DNA of 32,000 nucleotides from Geotalea daltonii FRC-32 (GCF_000022265.1 NC_011979.1:3930001-3962000); one strand, 5' to 3'; positions 16,892-27,100 are shown, numbered from the stretch's first letter. Translations and numbers: made by a program. The notes: a model not told the origin generated them from the letters alone.

Positions 16892-18976
16892 TCACTGCTT
16901 GTCCCGGAACTCCACCACATTGCCGGCAGGAGAAAATGTTCCTTTACGCCTGTTTTCTCCACCGCTGAAGACAAGATAGCCGTACTTGCCATAATGGGTA
17001 ATCTTGAGGGCATATTTTTGTGCCGCATCTTGGGAAAGGGGGAGCAAAAGGGCTGCCAGCTTGCCCACCGCCAACGGGTGCTGCGTAACGACGAAAAGCA
17101 GGTCGTAATAATCCTTGTAGCGGATGTCATCAATGGTGAATTCTTTCGGCGCGGCCTTGATGCCGGCGGGAAAATCCAGTGAGAGATGTTTTTGCTGCGG
17201 AACGCCGCAGAAAAGGAGATCGTGGTCGGCAAGGCGTACTTTCCCAGGGTTCTTCTCGGTTACTATCGGCGCCCGGCCCTGCCCCAGGGATTCCAGAAGG
17301 TCATGAAGTGTCCCCTCATCGGCCTGACAATTGTCGGTCACCACCAGGGCAACATCCTTTGCCCCCTTGATCAGGTTTACCGCCGGCGGAAGTTCTTCGG
17401 CCGAGAGGATGCGAAAGACGTCGGCGCCAGGGTCAAGAATGATTCTTTTGGGACGGTAGCGGACCGGCAGATTGAAAGCCGTCCGCTTTGCACTTAACAC
17501 AAGAGTCCTCTGGACATTCCCCCGTTCGGTCTCGATCAGAAGCGGCAGGGTAAGCTCATAGGCTGGGGAGGCTTCCTGGACAATGGTACCGGATAGTTGC
17601 CACCCTCCCCCCTTGCGCCTGCGGGTGACCTTGTCAAAGGAGAGTGCCGGTCCGCCGAATCTGGTTAGCCACTGTCGCATGAAAGGGCCCAGGTCCTGCC
17701 CCGAGGTTTTGGAAAAGGCACGGATAAAGTCGCTCCAGGTTGCTGCTCTGAATAAAAAATCTCTGTTCAGTGTTTTAAGAGCATGAAAGAATGCCCGGTC
17801 ACCGATTCTGGTTCTGACCATGTGAAACACCATCGCTCCCTTGCCATAGCCTATGGCACGGGAAGCAGGATCGACTCGACCCATGAACTTCTGCAGGGGA
17901 AAGTCCCGATCAGCTTTGACCAGGGAGGAATAATCACTCAAGAGGCGCAGACGGTAATCTCTGGCAGCGGCAGGGGATTTTTTCTCTTCCAGGAGGTAAT
18001 CGGCCAGATACGTGACAAGACCTTCGGACCAGTTTCCTTCCCGGTAGTCGACCTGCACTCCGTTCCCCCACCAGCAGTGGGCGATCTCATGGGGAAAACT
18101 CGTGTCGACGATGAACGGCAAGCGGATGACGGTACTACCCATAAGCGTGTAAGACGGATAGCCGTAGCCGGTAGGGAAGAAATTCTCCACGGCAGCAAAT
18201 TTGTCGAATGGGTAAGGGCCAAAAAGCTCTGTGTACATGCCGATGTATTTGACAGCCGCATCCAGATATTTTTTGCCCAGTCCGGCATTTTGCGGGTAGA
18301 GGTAGGTATAGATATCCACATGGCCCAGTTGCCGTTCCTGAACGACGTAAGGGCCGGCAGACAGGGAAAGCTCCCCAACCGGCCTGGCCTCTTCCCAGAC
18401 AGAATGCGATACATTATGGGCGGTACTACGCTCAAGACGCTTGCCGGAAGTAATTGCCTCCATCCCTGCCGGGGCAAAGATCTCAGTCCTGCGATACTCC
18501 GGCAATACCTGGGGCGCCGGATACCAGCCGGCATCGCTGCCGAGGAAGACTCCGGCAGAGGTAATAGCGCCGGTCACGCCATAGGTGGGATCCTCGCTGC
18601 TTACCGGCCGTTCCGGCACCTTGGCACCATAGGCTGCATGGTAGGTTATATGCACCGTAGCCGAAGCCTTTTTCCCCCCTCCCGGGAGATCAACGGCAAG
18701 TGCGCCGCCGGAAAAGGTATAATGCACCTCTTTTCCGGCCACGGAGACCGTGTCGATGGCGGCAACAGAGGAAAGGTTCAGGAATACCCGCCCGGAAGAA
18801 GCAGCAAAGGTGACGAGACTTTCCCCCTTCAGGAGCTGCCGGTCCGGGACAAGGGTTACTTTAAGCTCCTGGCGTTCCACCGCCGGCATTCCCGCAGCAA
18901 GGACTGTAATGTGGCATGGCAAGACAAGAAGCAGACCAATGATAACTTGAATGGCAACCCTCACAGCTCCCTCCAT
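16892..18976 (-). CDS. Secreted M1-family (gluzincin) metallopeptidase with a long C-terminal extension
   Basis: HEIAHCWWGN followed 18 residues later by E (WSEGLVTY), giving the HExxH-x18-E pattern. N-terminal hydrophobic signal-like segment. Confidence 0.85.
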   Translation of the reverse strand: MEGAVRVAIQVIIGLLLVLPCHITVLAAGMPAVERQELKVTLVPDRQLLKGESLVTFAASSGRVFLNLSSVAAIDTVSVAGKEVHYTFSGGALAVDLPGGGKKASATVHITYHAAYGAKVPERPVSSEDPTYGVTGAITSAGVFLGSDAGWYPAPQVLPEYRRTEIFAPAGMEAITSGKRLERSTAHNVSHSVWEEARPVGELSLSAGPYVVQERQLGHVDIYTYLYPQNAGLGKKYLDAAVKYIGMYTELFGPYPFDKFAAVENFFPTGYGYPSYTLMGSTVIRLPFIVDTSFPHEIAHCWWGNGVQVDYREGNWSEGLVTYLADYLLEEKKSPAAARDYRLRLLSDYSSLVKADRDFPLQKFMGRVDPASRAIGYGKGAMVFHMVRTRIGDRAFFHALKTLNRDFLFRAATWSDFIRAFSKTSGQDLGPFMRQWLTRFGGPALSFDKVTRRRKGGGWQLSGTIVQEASPAYELTLPLLIETERGNVQRTLVLSAKRTAFNLPVRYRPKRIILDPGADVFRILSAEELPPAVNLIKGAKDVALVVTDNCQADEGTLHDLLESLGQGRAPIVTEKNPGKVRLADHDLLFCGVPQQKHLSLDFPAGIKAAPKEFTIDDIRYKDYYDLLFVVTQHPLAVGKLAALLLPLSQDAAQKYALKITHYGKYGYLVFSGGENRRKGTFSPAGNVVEFRDKQ

Positions 18977-19120
18977 CGCTCAGGTGGGAAAATACCTGTA
19001 AAGTATACCAAACGAACCTGCCTTTACACGCTTTGCATTACCTCTGAAAAATTATCGTATTTGGCTTTTAATTTTTATCTTTCATGCCGATAAATATGGA
19101 TAAAGGCCTTGGGGTGATCT

Positions 19121-19612
19121 ATGGGCAAAGGCAAGGAAGTAGACTACAACACGGTAAGAATACTTGAATTGTGCCGGGATGTGGAACTGCATGGTGCGGA
19201 GATCTACAGGTATTTCTCCGAGATATTCGCCAATGATCCGATGATTTCCAACCTATGGTTCAAGACATACCAGGAAGAGCTGAACCATGCCCACCAATTT
19301 GTCATGGCTATCAACATGAGAAAAGAAAACATCGTCCAGAGCGTGAAAATAGACCTCTACTCCGCACAGAACATGCTTAAGGTGATCCAGTCAATCTATG
19401 ACAGTGTCAGAAAAAACAGGCCGACCATCCTCGATGCCTTTAGATCGGCCATCAAGCTGGAGGAAAAGCTGGCAGACATGCACATGCATGCCATTTCGGA
19501 ATTCACGGATCAAAGCTTAAAGGCGCTGTTCAAGGCACTGATGAACGCAGACAAGGAGCATGTGGAAACGCTCCGCAATGCCTATACCAGCCTGCTGAAG
19601 GTAAACGTGTAA
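19121..19612 (+). CDS. Ferritin-like / rubrerythrin-like four-helix-bundle protein (putative di-iron site)
   Basis: 163 aa, predicted all-helical, with repeated E...ExxH-like ligand patterns (ELHGAEIY, EELNHAHQF, LEEKLADMH, DKEHVETL). GGGGTGA RBS. The functional call is tentative. Confidence 0.6.
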   Translation: MGKGKEVDYNTVRILELCRDVELHGAEIYRYFSEIFANDPMISNLWFKTYQEELNHAHQFVMAINMRKENIVQSVKIDLYSAQNMLKVIQSIYDSVRKNRPTILDAFRSAIKLEEKLADMHMHAISEFTDQSLKALFKALMNADKEHVETLRNAYTSLLKVNV

Positions 19613-19760
19613 CAGGTTGTTGAAAAACGTCGCTATGCAAGGCTCAAGCGAGCGAGGAGACGAGGCGTACCCTCTGTACGTTGAGTTTCCAAGCGAGCGG
19701 TAACGTAGCAGAGTGACCCTTTAGGCCCCGCGGGTCCGCAATAGTTTTTCAACAACCTGA
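19612..19760. repeat. MITE-like element R2 (about 149 bp), same family as 14228-14397
   Basis: Terminal inverted repeats ACAGGTTGTTGAAAAAC and GTTTTTCAACAACCTGA. TA(A) flanks (19610-12 and 19761-63). A block of more than 30 nt, AGGCCCCGCGGGTCCGCAATAGTTTTTCAACA, is identical to R1. Confidence 0.7.
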
Positions 19761-19818
19761 TAATATTGCAGCAGAGATTCCACCGCAAACGCCAAGCCCC
19801 CATAGACCAGGAACAACC

Positions 19819-20526
19819 ATGACCTTATCTGCTTACAGGGAAGTCATCCTCTCTTCCAAAAGTGATGACGAAGCCGCAATTCTTGCCATTTTCCGCGATG
19901 TTTTCGCACGGGAACCCAACGCCCTGTTCTCTCTCCTCAACATCTACAAGGAACTTCCCATCTGCAACAACGCCACTATTTTCGACATAAAGGGAAAAAA
20001 TATCGAGTTCCAGGCAACCCCTCTGCAGATAGCGGCTATCGCTAACGGTACTGAAACCATTATCCAGGCCCCGTTCTTCAATATGAGCGTTATGGGGCAG
20101 ATGGTATACCTGGACCTGCCCCACCAGCTGGTTTCCCTGGGGAAATTTTCCTACGCCGAGGTCCTGATCGACAAGCGCAACACCGTCAGGGTCAAGCTGC
20201 GAATTCCCCTGAATGTCATGTTGCACGCTGACGGCAAAACGATCCCCGGGGTTGTCCGAGACATTTCCCTGGGGGGGTGCAGCCTGACTACCCTCCTTGG
20301 AGCGGACCTGGAAGCAGCGGAAGACCTGAGCCTGCATATCAAGATCTTGAATGAGGGAAAGGTGGTGGAGATAGATGTGCCTGCTAAAGTGGTGCGCGTA
20401 GGTCCCGGGCCACCCCACGATTGCGCCATGATGTTTCAGCACACATCAGAGTCGGAACGGATCCTTTCCGTTTTCATCTATCAGCGTCAACTGGAGATAA
20501 TCCGGGAACTGCGGGAAAAAGCCTAG
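19819..20526 (+). CDS. PilZ domain (c-di-GMP receptor) protein
   Basis: The C-terminal half has the two PilZ motifs, RNTVR (RxxxR) and, 23 residues later, DISLGG (DxSxxG). The N-terminal domain is of unknown type. Confidence 0.75.
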   Translation: MTLSAYREVILSSKSDDEAAILAIFRDVFAREPNALFSLLNIYKELPICNNATIFDIKGKNIEFQATPLQIAAIANGTETIIQAPFFNMSVMGQMVYLDLPHQLVSLGKFSYAEVLIDKRNTVRVKLRIPLNVMLHADGKTIPGVVRDISLGGCSLTTLLGADLEAAEDLSLHIKILNEGKVVEIDVPAKVVRVGPGPPHDCAMMFQHTSESERILSVFIYQRQLEIIRELREKA

Positions 20527-20575
20527 GTTTCCAAAGATGAGCAGGCCCATGATGGACATTTGTTTCATAGACCGG

Positions 20576-21739
20576 CTACGCTCTGGACACGGTAAAGCGA
20601 AAAATGGTTCCCTCGGCAGAGGATGTAAATCGCACCTTGCCGTTAAGGGCCCTTTCCCCCAGGTACTTCATCATAAAGGTTCCTATGCCCCGGCCATGTT
20701 TCGCCTTGGTGCTGAAATAACGCTGAAAGATCCGGCCCGAAATCTGATCGGGAATGGGCTGACTGTTCCAAACGCAGAAGGTAACATCCCCCTCACCCTC
20801 CTCCAGCCACAACCTCACCTCATCACCGTTGTCACTCCCCTCCAGAGCATTGGTAATCATATTGGATAGCACCCGCAACAACAAAGGCAGGTCAGTGGCA
20901 ATCCTTCCCTCGACGGTGGATGGAAGTTGAATGTGCTTATGTATTGACATGGGATGGGAAATGAAGACGTCTCTCAGGCAATCAATCACTTCAGCTATGG
21001 CCACAGGCCTGAGTTCAGGCCGGAAAGCGCCGGTTTCAACCTGAATAAGGTTCTGCTGTATCCTCAGCTCACTTTCCAGTCGCAACGAAAGGCGGTGCAC
21101 CGATTCCGCCAATGGCCCACCTGCATAACCGGAGCAGGCCAGCAATTCGCTGGCCCCCACAAGCCCGGTGGCCATGTTGCGTATATCGTGGAAAAAAATT
21201 GACTGAATTTCCGCCCAATTTTCCTGTTCGCTTATGTCCTGGAGCATGAGCACCAGAAAACATCGCCCACTGATGTAAAAGGGTGTTGCCCGGACATTCA
21301 GGCAGATGTCAGCCGTGCCGCCGTTACGCCAGACGGTTGCCACACATTTTCTCTCCTCGCCGGTCCTTCGCAAGAGGCTGACAACAATGGCTATGGCCGT
21401 ACCACAACTGGCACAGGTCCTGCCGGTACCGCAACCGCCAGGGGAATCGCCGGCATGAACACAGTGGATCGCCTCTCCTGGCCGCAAACCGATCACCTCA
21501 AGAGCATCCTTCACACCCGTACCCTTTAAAAAGGTGTCATTGGCAGCGAGTATCTGCCGTGACTCGTTCAGCACCGCGAAGAGGCCACCGACCGTCTGCA
21601 TCAGCCCATCGACCACAGGACTGGAGGCAATGATCGCAATATCCCTCTGTAGTTCTTCAGGGTCGGCACGTTCATATAAAGCCGCAATGTCCGAATCAGA
21701 AAGGTTAAGATAAGTGCAGAGGTAATCCATATCAGCCAT
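20576..21739 (-). CDS. Cytoplasmic sensor histidine kinase with a four-Cys insertion in its N-terminal sensor domain
   Basis: H-box-like FFHDIRNMATGL and a HATPase C-terminus (ITNALEGS, HGRGIGTFMMKYL). No TM segment is evident. HCVHAGDSPGGCGTGRTCASC is encoded at 21404-21466. I moved the start to the ATG at 21739 (MADMDYL) with GGGAGGG upstream. Confidence 0.8.
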   Translation of the reverse strand: MADMDYLCTYLNLSDSDIAALYERADPEELQRDIAIIASSPVVDGLMQTVGGLFAVLNESRQILAANDTFLKGTGVKDALEVIGLRPGEAIHCVHAGDSPGGCGTGRTCASCGTAIAIVVSLLRRTGEERKCVATVWRNGGTADICLNVRATPFYISGRCFLVLMLQDISEQENWAEIQSIFFHDIRNMATGLVGASELLACSGYAGGPLAESVHRLSLRLESELRIQQNLIQVETGAFRPELRPVAIAEVIDCLRDVFISHPMSIHKHIQLPSTVEGRIATDLPLLLRVLSNMITNALEGSDNGDEVRLWLEEGEGDVTFCVWNSQPIPDQISGRIFQRYFSTKAKHGRGIGTFMMKYLGERALNGKVRFTSSAEGTIFRFTVSRA

Positions 21740-21898
21740 TAAGCCCTCCCATAAACCCCACCTGGCTAAATACCAACTTATTAAACTAAGATAATATAGC
21801 AAACCGGTTTTTTTATCCAGAGAGAAACTGCGCGCCTTCCAAATGGAAGCCGTTGTTATCGTTTGGCCAGAGGGTAAAATTATAATAGTTTTTAATTG

Positions 21899-21932
21899 TT
21901 ACATGATCTGTAAAATTACATGATCTGTAAAA
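21899..21932. repeat. Perfect tandem duplication of a 17-mer (TTACATGATCTGTAAAA x2) directly upstream of a kinase gene
   Basis: Copies at 21899-21915 and 21916-21932 are identical. Each contains TACA-N5-TGTA. The repeat abuts the GGGAGA RBS and the GTG start at 21949. Confidence 0.8.
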
Positions 21933-21948
21933 GGGAGAATGTCCTCGG

Positions 21949-24162
21949 GTGAAACGGAAAGATCTTTTTATCTCATCAGCAAAAAAAAGGGGATATGCCA
22001 AACTGCTGCCGGCAGGAATCAGGGCGCGGCTGTTTTTGCTCATCATCCTCGTGCTGCTGCCCCAAGGGCTGTTTTTGACATGGATCTACAATGAACGGTA
22101 TCAGACACAACGGACTCAGGCAATGAACACGGAACTGGAGGTGGCACAGGGCGTTGCCATGGCCTTTTCCGGATACGTGGAGGGAATATGGCGTGAAAAT
22201 CATGCCATCGGCGAGGCGATCCGCATGTTTTCATCGCCGGTATTACCTAAGGCCAGAAAGCTCCTGACCATTACCGCCACCCAGCATGCTTCCATCCGAA
22301 GTTTCAACTGGGTGAGCCCCCAAGGGGTCATCCTTGCTTCCAGCCAGCCTGTACTCGAGGGAAAAGATCTTTCTTCTCTCCCTTATTTCATCAAAATCGT
22401 CACAGGCGCTGAATGGAGCATCAGCGATCTCACCAGCAGAGGGATAAAGGTCCAAGCACCGACCTTCGCCATTGCCACAGCTTGCCGCGATGGCCACGGC
22501 AAGCTGCATGGGATTGTCGTAGCTGTCATAGAGCCTGAGCGGCTCGGCGAGTTGACCCTCACCCAACGCCGTCTCGGCAAAGGAGCCTATGCCATCTTCG
22601 ATAGCCGGGGCGTCATTGTCTACCACAGCATCTATCAAAAACTTGCCTGGGAAGATCGGGCCGGGTGGAGAAAGATGGATCCCATTTTACAAGCTGCACT
22701 GAAAACTCGAACTCCCCAGGTGGGAATAGCGGTACCGGTGCTGCGCAAGAGCGAATGGGTTTCGGCGCGAGTACCTATGCAGGATCTGGGATGGGTGGTG
22801 GGAGCAGGAAAGCCGGTTGAAGTGGTATTCGGACCGGTCCGACAAGCACTGGTCCGTGAAATAGGCTTTTCACTTCTGGCTCTGGCACTGGCTTTTCTCT
22901 CCGCATACATGGTGGCACGCACCATTGCCCTTCCACTGCAGCGTCTGGAAAAGGCGACAACAGGCATGGGAAGCTCCCCACAGGCAGCACCTGAAGATCC
23001 CCTGGCTCCCATGGAGGTCAGCCGGTTGCGCCACGTTATCATGGAAATGGCGGACAACCTGCGCGCCGGCGAAAAAAGATTTCGCCTGGCCCTGGAAAGT
23101 ATTCCCGACATGATCGCCATCTGTGATCAGCAACTACGCATCCAGTATGTGAATCCCGCCACAATCAGTGCCACCGGCCTGCCCTCCTCGAAGCTGGTTG
23201 GGCGGCTGGACTCGGAAATATGGCCGGAACTGTACAAGCTGTGGCGCCCCGTTTTGGAAAAGGCGTTAGAAACGGCAAAGGTGCAGAATCTGGAATTGGA
23301 ACTCCCTTCCCCGAAAGGCAGCCGTCACTTCCACGTCACCTATGTGCCCCTGATGGAAGAGGACGGTCATGTCAAGGAACTTATGGGCATCACCCATGAT
23401 TATACGGTAAGGAAGCAGGCAGAAGATGAACTGAAGAGGACCCTTGAGGAATTGATCCGCTCCAACAGGGATCTTGAGCAGTTCGCCTATGTTGCGTCCC
23501 ACGACCTGCAGGAACCGTTGCGGATGGTGGCAAGCTATGTCCAGTTGCTGGACAAGCGGTACAGGGGGCAGCTCGATCAAAAGGCGGACAGATATATAAA
23601 TTATGCGATACAAGGGGCAAAAAGGATGCAGACCCTGATCGAGGATCTGCTCGCCTACGGACGGATCAATCGCGTTGTTGAATTTCAACAGGTGGATCTT
23701 AATTTGGTCTGTGCCGAAGCGGTAAAGGCCATGGAGACTGCCATCAGTGAGAGCGGAGGAGCTGTCCAGGCCGCGGATCTCCCGGTGGTCTGGGGAGACA
23801 AGATACAGCTGTTCATCCTGTTCCAGAATCTGATCGGCAATGCCATCAAGTATCGACGGCAGGATGTTCAGCCCCTTGTCCTAATTTCAGCACGGCAAAC
23901 GGAAGATGCCTGGGTCATCTCGGTGCAGGACAACGGCATTGGCATAGAGAAACAATATTTCGACCGCATTTTTCAGATTTTCCAGCGGCTCCACGCACGG
24001 GAAGAATATCCCGGTACCGGCATCGGTCTTGCCTCATGCAGGAAAATTGTAGAGCGTCATGGCGGCCGGATCTGGGTCGAGTCCATGCCCGGCAACGGCT
24101 CAACCTTTTTTTTCACGATTCCGGACCGAATTACTAGCCCAGGGGACCGACAATACCCATAA
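21949..24162 (+). CDS. Membrane sensor histidine kinase (TM, Cache-like periplasmic domain, TM, HAMP, PAS, HisKA, HATPase)
   Basis: 737 aa with hydrophobic segments near residues 25-45 and 305-325, and a PAS region (ALESIPDMIAICD ... ITHDYTVRK). Phytochrome-type H-box FAYVASHDLQEPLRMV. C-terminus GTGIGLASCRKIVERHGGRIWVES. GTG start. Confidence 0.88.
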   Translation: MKRKDLFISSAKKRGYAKLLPAGIRARLFLLIILVLLPQGLFLTWIYNERYQTQRTQAMNTELEVAQGVAMAFSGYVEGIWRENHAIGEAIRMFSSPVLPKARKLLTITATQHASIRSFNWVSPQGVILASSQPVLEGKDLSSLPYFIKIVTGAEWSISDLTSRGIKVQAPTFAIATACRDGHGKLHGIVVAVIEPERLGELTLTQRRLGKGAYAIFDSRGVIVYHSIYQKLAWEDRAGWRKMDPILQAALKTRTPQVGIAVPVLRKSEWVSARVPMQDLGWVVGAGKPVEVVFGPVRQALVREIGFSLLALALAFLSAYMVARTIALPLQRLEKATTGMGSSPQAAPEDPLAPMEVSRLRHVIMEMADNLRAGEKRFRLALESIPDMIAICDQQLRIQYVNPATISATGLPSSKLVGRLDSEIWPELYKLWRPVLEKALETAKVQNLELELPSPKGSRHFHVTYVPLMEEDGHVKELMGITHDYTVRKQAEDELKRTLEELIRSNRDLEQFAYVASHDLQEPLRMVASYVQLLDKRYRGQLDQKADRYINYAIQGAKRMQTLIEDLLAYGRINRVVEFQQVDLNLVCAEAVKAMETAISESGGAVQAADLPVVWGDKIQLFILFQNLIGNAIKYRRQDVQPLVLISARQTEDAWVISVQDNGIGIEKQYFDRIFQIFQRLHAREEYPGTGIGLASCRKIVERHGGRIWVESMPGNGSTFFFTIPDRITSPGDRQYP

Positions 24163-24185
24163 CCAGCGCCTGCCAAGAGGATGCA

Positions 24186-27100
24186 ATGGCCAATCAAGAC
24201 AAGGAGCACGATCAGCGGGAGATTTCCAGCAGCAAATACAGCGATGCCCTGAACCACATCAATATGCTGATCCATTCAAAACTGGATTTCGACAGCATCA
24301 TGAAAAAGGTGGTGGTGGAGGTTGCGCGGACCATAGATGCTGAATCGGCAGTCATCTACCTGCCGGAAGGGGATGGTTGGATCGCAAAATACATTTACGG
24401 ATTTCCTGGAGAACTGCAGGACAGGCAGATCAAGGCCGAGGAGATTTCCTTTTCCATAGAAGCAGCCAGGCAGAGGAAAGCTGTGGTCATCAACGACGTT
24501 CTCCATGATAACCGGGCAAACAACAAGTTTAATGAGCGATACGGCATAAACGCCCTTCTTGACGTGGCCCTGACCATTGGTGAAAAGGTGGTCGGCAACT
24601 TTTCCATCCATTACCATCATCCCGAGCGGAAATTTTCCCACAAGGAAGTGGACTTCGCCAATAAGGCAGCATCCACCATAACGCTGGCCCTGAAAAACGC
24701 ACTGCTGCTCCAGGAGCGAATAAATGCAGAGGAAGCCGCCCGTGCCAATGAGCAGAAGGTGCTGCAGACCCTTGACCGGCTTATGATCCTGGTAGGTGTT
24801 TCGTCGGCTGTCCTAAGCGAGACGACCATTCAGGGCACCCTCAACCGTGCAGTAGAAGGAGCCATTGCCGTCACCGATGCACAGGTAGCAACCTCAGGCC
24901 ATGGCTACAAGGAAGGAAGCATCACTATCGGTGCCCTCGCTTATGATGCCCCATTATCCCCCTGCCCTACGGATGTCACCTTTACCATCAACCGTGGCGG
25001 CGTCTACATGGAACTTCTGCAAAAATCATCAACCATCCGCTTTACCCAAAAGGAACTGGAAAACCACCCGGAGTGGTGGGGACTGCCCGAAGGACATGCG
25101 CCGCTGAAGGGCCTTTTGGGCGCAAGACTGGAGGGGACGGGAGGCGAAGCCTGTGGCATGATCCTGGTTTCCCACAAGCGGCATGGGGAATTCACCGAGG
25201 AAGACGAAGTCATGCTCACCCAGCTCTGCCAGCTCACTTCTCTGGCCATCAGACATATTGAAGCCCGTAATGTTGTCGAAAAACATGCCACCGAGCTGGA
25301 AAGCCTCAGCAAAAAGCTCCGGGAAAGCGAAGAACTGTTCAGGGAGTTCTTTGCCAATGCCCCGATCGGCTTGGCAATATTTGGACTTGATGGCCGATTC
25401 CAGGAAGTAAACCAGGCCTACTGCCGCATCATAGGGTATGACCGGGAAGAGGTCTTTCAGCCCGGTTTCACCTTCATGAAGGTTACCCATCATGACGATA
25501 TTGAAGAGAATCTGGCCGAACTGAATCGGGTGCTGAAAGGTGAAACAAGCAGCTTTTTCATCGAGAAACGCAACATCCGCAAAGACGGCAGCATTATCTG
25601 GGTGAGGGTCAGCGCCACCCAGTGCCGTGACCCGGAAGGTAAATCCGCAAGGTTAATTGCCATAGTCGAGGACATTCATGACCGTAAACAGGCTGAGGAG
25701 GCCCTTAGAGTCTCGGAGGCAAACTACCGGACCATCTTCGATTCTGCCAACGACGGCCTCTTCATCCAGTGTGCAGAGTCTGGAGCCATTTTGGACGTGA
25801 ACCAAAGGGTGCTGGAGATGTACAAATACCGTTACGATGAAATTCTGCGCCTGAATATAGGAGAGTTGAGCGCCTACTCGGCAGGCTACACCCAGGAACG
25901 GGCCATGGAGGTCGGTCGTCGCGCCGCATCCGGCGAGCCCCAGCTGGTGGAATGGCTGGCCCTCGCCAAGGACGGAACCCAATTCTGGGTCGAAGTTAGC
26001 CTGAAAAAGGTGATACTCGGCGGCAAAGACCGCCTTCTGGCAGTGGTGCGGGATATTTCCGAGCGGAAAAGGGTACTGGAAGCCCTGCAGCAGAACGAAG
26101 AAAGACTGCGCGTCAGCGAGGACCGGCTGGTCCTCGCCCAGTCCGCGGCAGGCATCGGCATGTGGAATGTGAACCTGCTGACGCGGGAAAGCACCTTCTC
26201 CAATCAATACCTGTCCCTTCTCGGCATCGATCGTCCCCCCGGATCCTATGAAGATTTCCTGGCATTGCTTCATCCCGATGACCGATACCAGGTTATGATG
26301 GAAACGGATCAGGCCATCGCCCAGTGCAGACAGTTCCAGGCAATGTTCCGTGTCAACTGGAATAATGGCTCCCTGCGCTGGATCATGGGCCGGGGTGGAG
26401 TTTTCTGCGACAGCAGGCAGCAACCCTTGCGCATTACCGGCGTCATCTTCGATGTCACGGACCGGAAAAAGGCGGAAGAAGACCTGAAAGCAGCCATGGA
26501 TGAGCTGGAACGTTCAAACCGGGAACTGGAGCAGTTCGCCTACATCGCCTCCCACGACCTGCAGGAACCGTTACGGATGGTGGCCGGATACGTGAAGCTT
26601 TTGGAAAGAAGATACAAGGAAAGTCTGGACGAGAAGGCGCAGACTTATATTAATTTTGCCGTCGATGGCACGAGCCGGATGCAGAAACTGATTGAAGGGC
26701 TACTCACCTACTCCCGCATTTCCCGCGGCATCAGCTTGCTGCCCGTGGACACCAACATACCCTTTGCAGCAGCACTGGCTAACCTGGATTCGGCAATCCG
26801 GGAGAGCAACGCCAGGATCACCAGTGAAACCCTCCCCGTGGTGGAAGGGGATGAGACACAATTGATGCAGCTTTTCCAGAACCTCCTGGCCAACAGCCTG
26901 AAGTACCGGAAAAAGTGCATACCTCCCCAAATATATGTGTCGGCCAGAAGGGAGGGTAATGAATGGCTGTTTTCGGTGCAGGACAATGGTATAGGCATTG
27001 AAAGGGGATATTACGACGAGATATTCCAGATATTCAGGAGACTGCACGCACAGGACGAATACCAGGGAACCGGCATCGGCCTGGCATCCTGCAAGAAAAT

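Noticed and set aside
18622-18638. Sigma54-like TGGCAC-N5-GCTGCA
   Set aside because: The GG-to-GC spacing is off by one. The site lies inside, and antisense to, the M1 peptidase coding sequence, with no gene downstream.
17783-19093. 436-aa plus-strand ORF
   Set aside because: It is antisense to the M1 peptidase gene (HExxH-x18-E on the minus strand). It has no motifs, is Arg/Gly/His-rich, and runs through the peptidase start into the intergenic region.
21899-21932. Tandem 17-mers as a possible mini-CRISPR or VNTR
   Set aside because: There are only two units and no spacer between them. I saw no cas genes and no further copies in the window. I have kept it as a candidate regulatory duplication instead.
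25653-26423. 256-aa minus-strand ORF
   Set aside because: It is antisense to the PAS region of the 1001-aa kinase and has no motifs. This is a shadow ORF.
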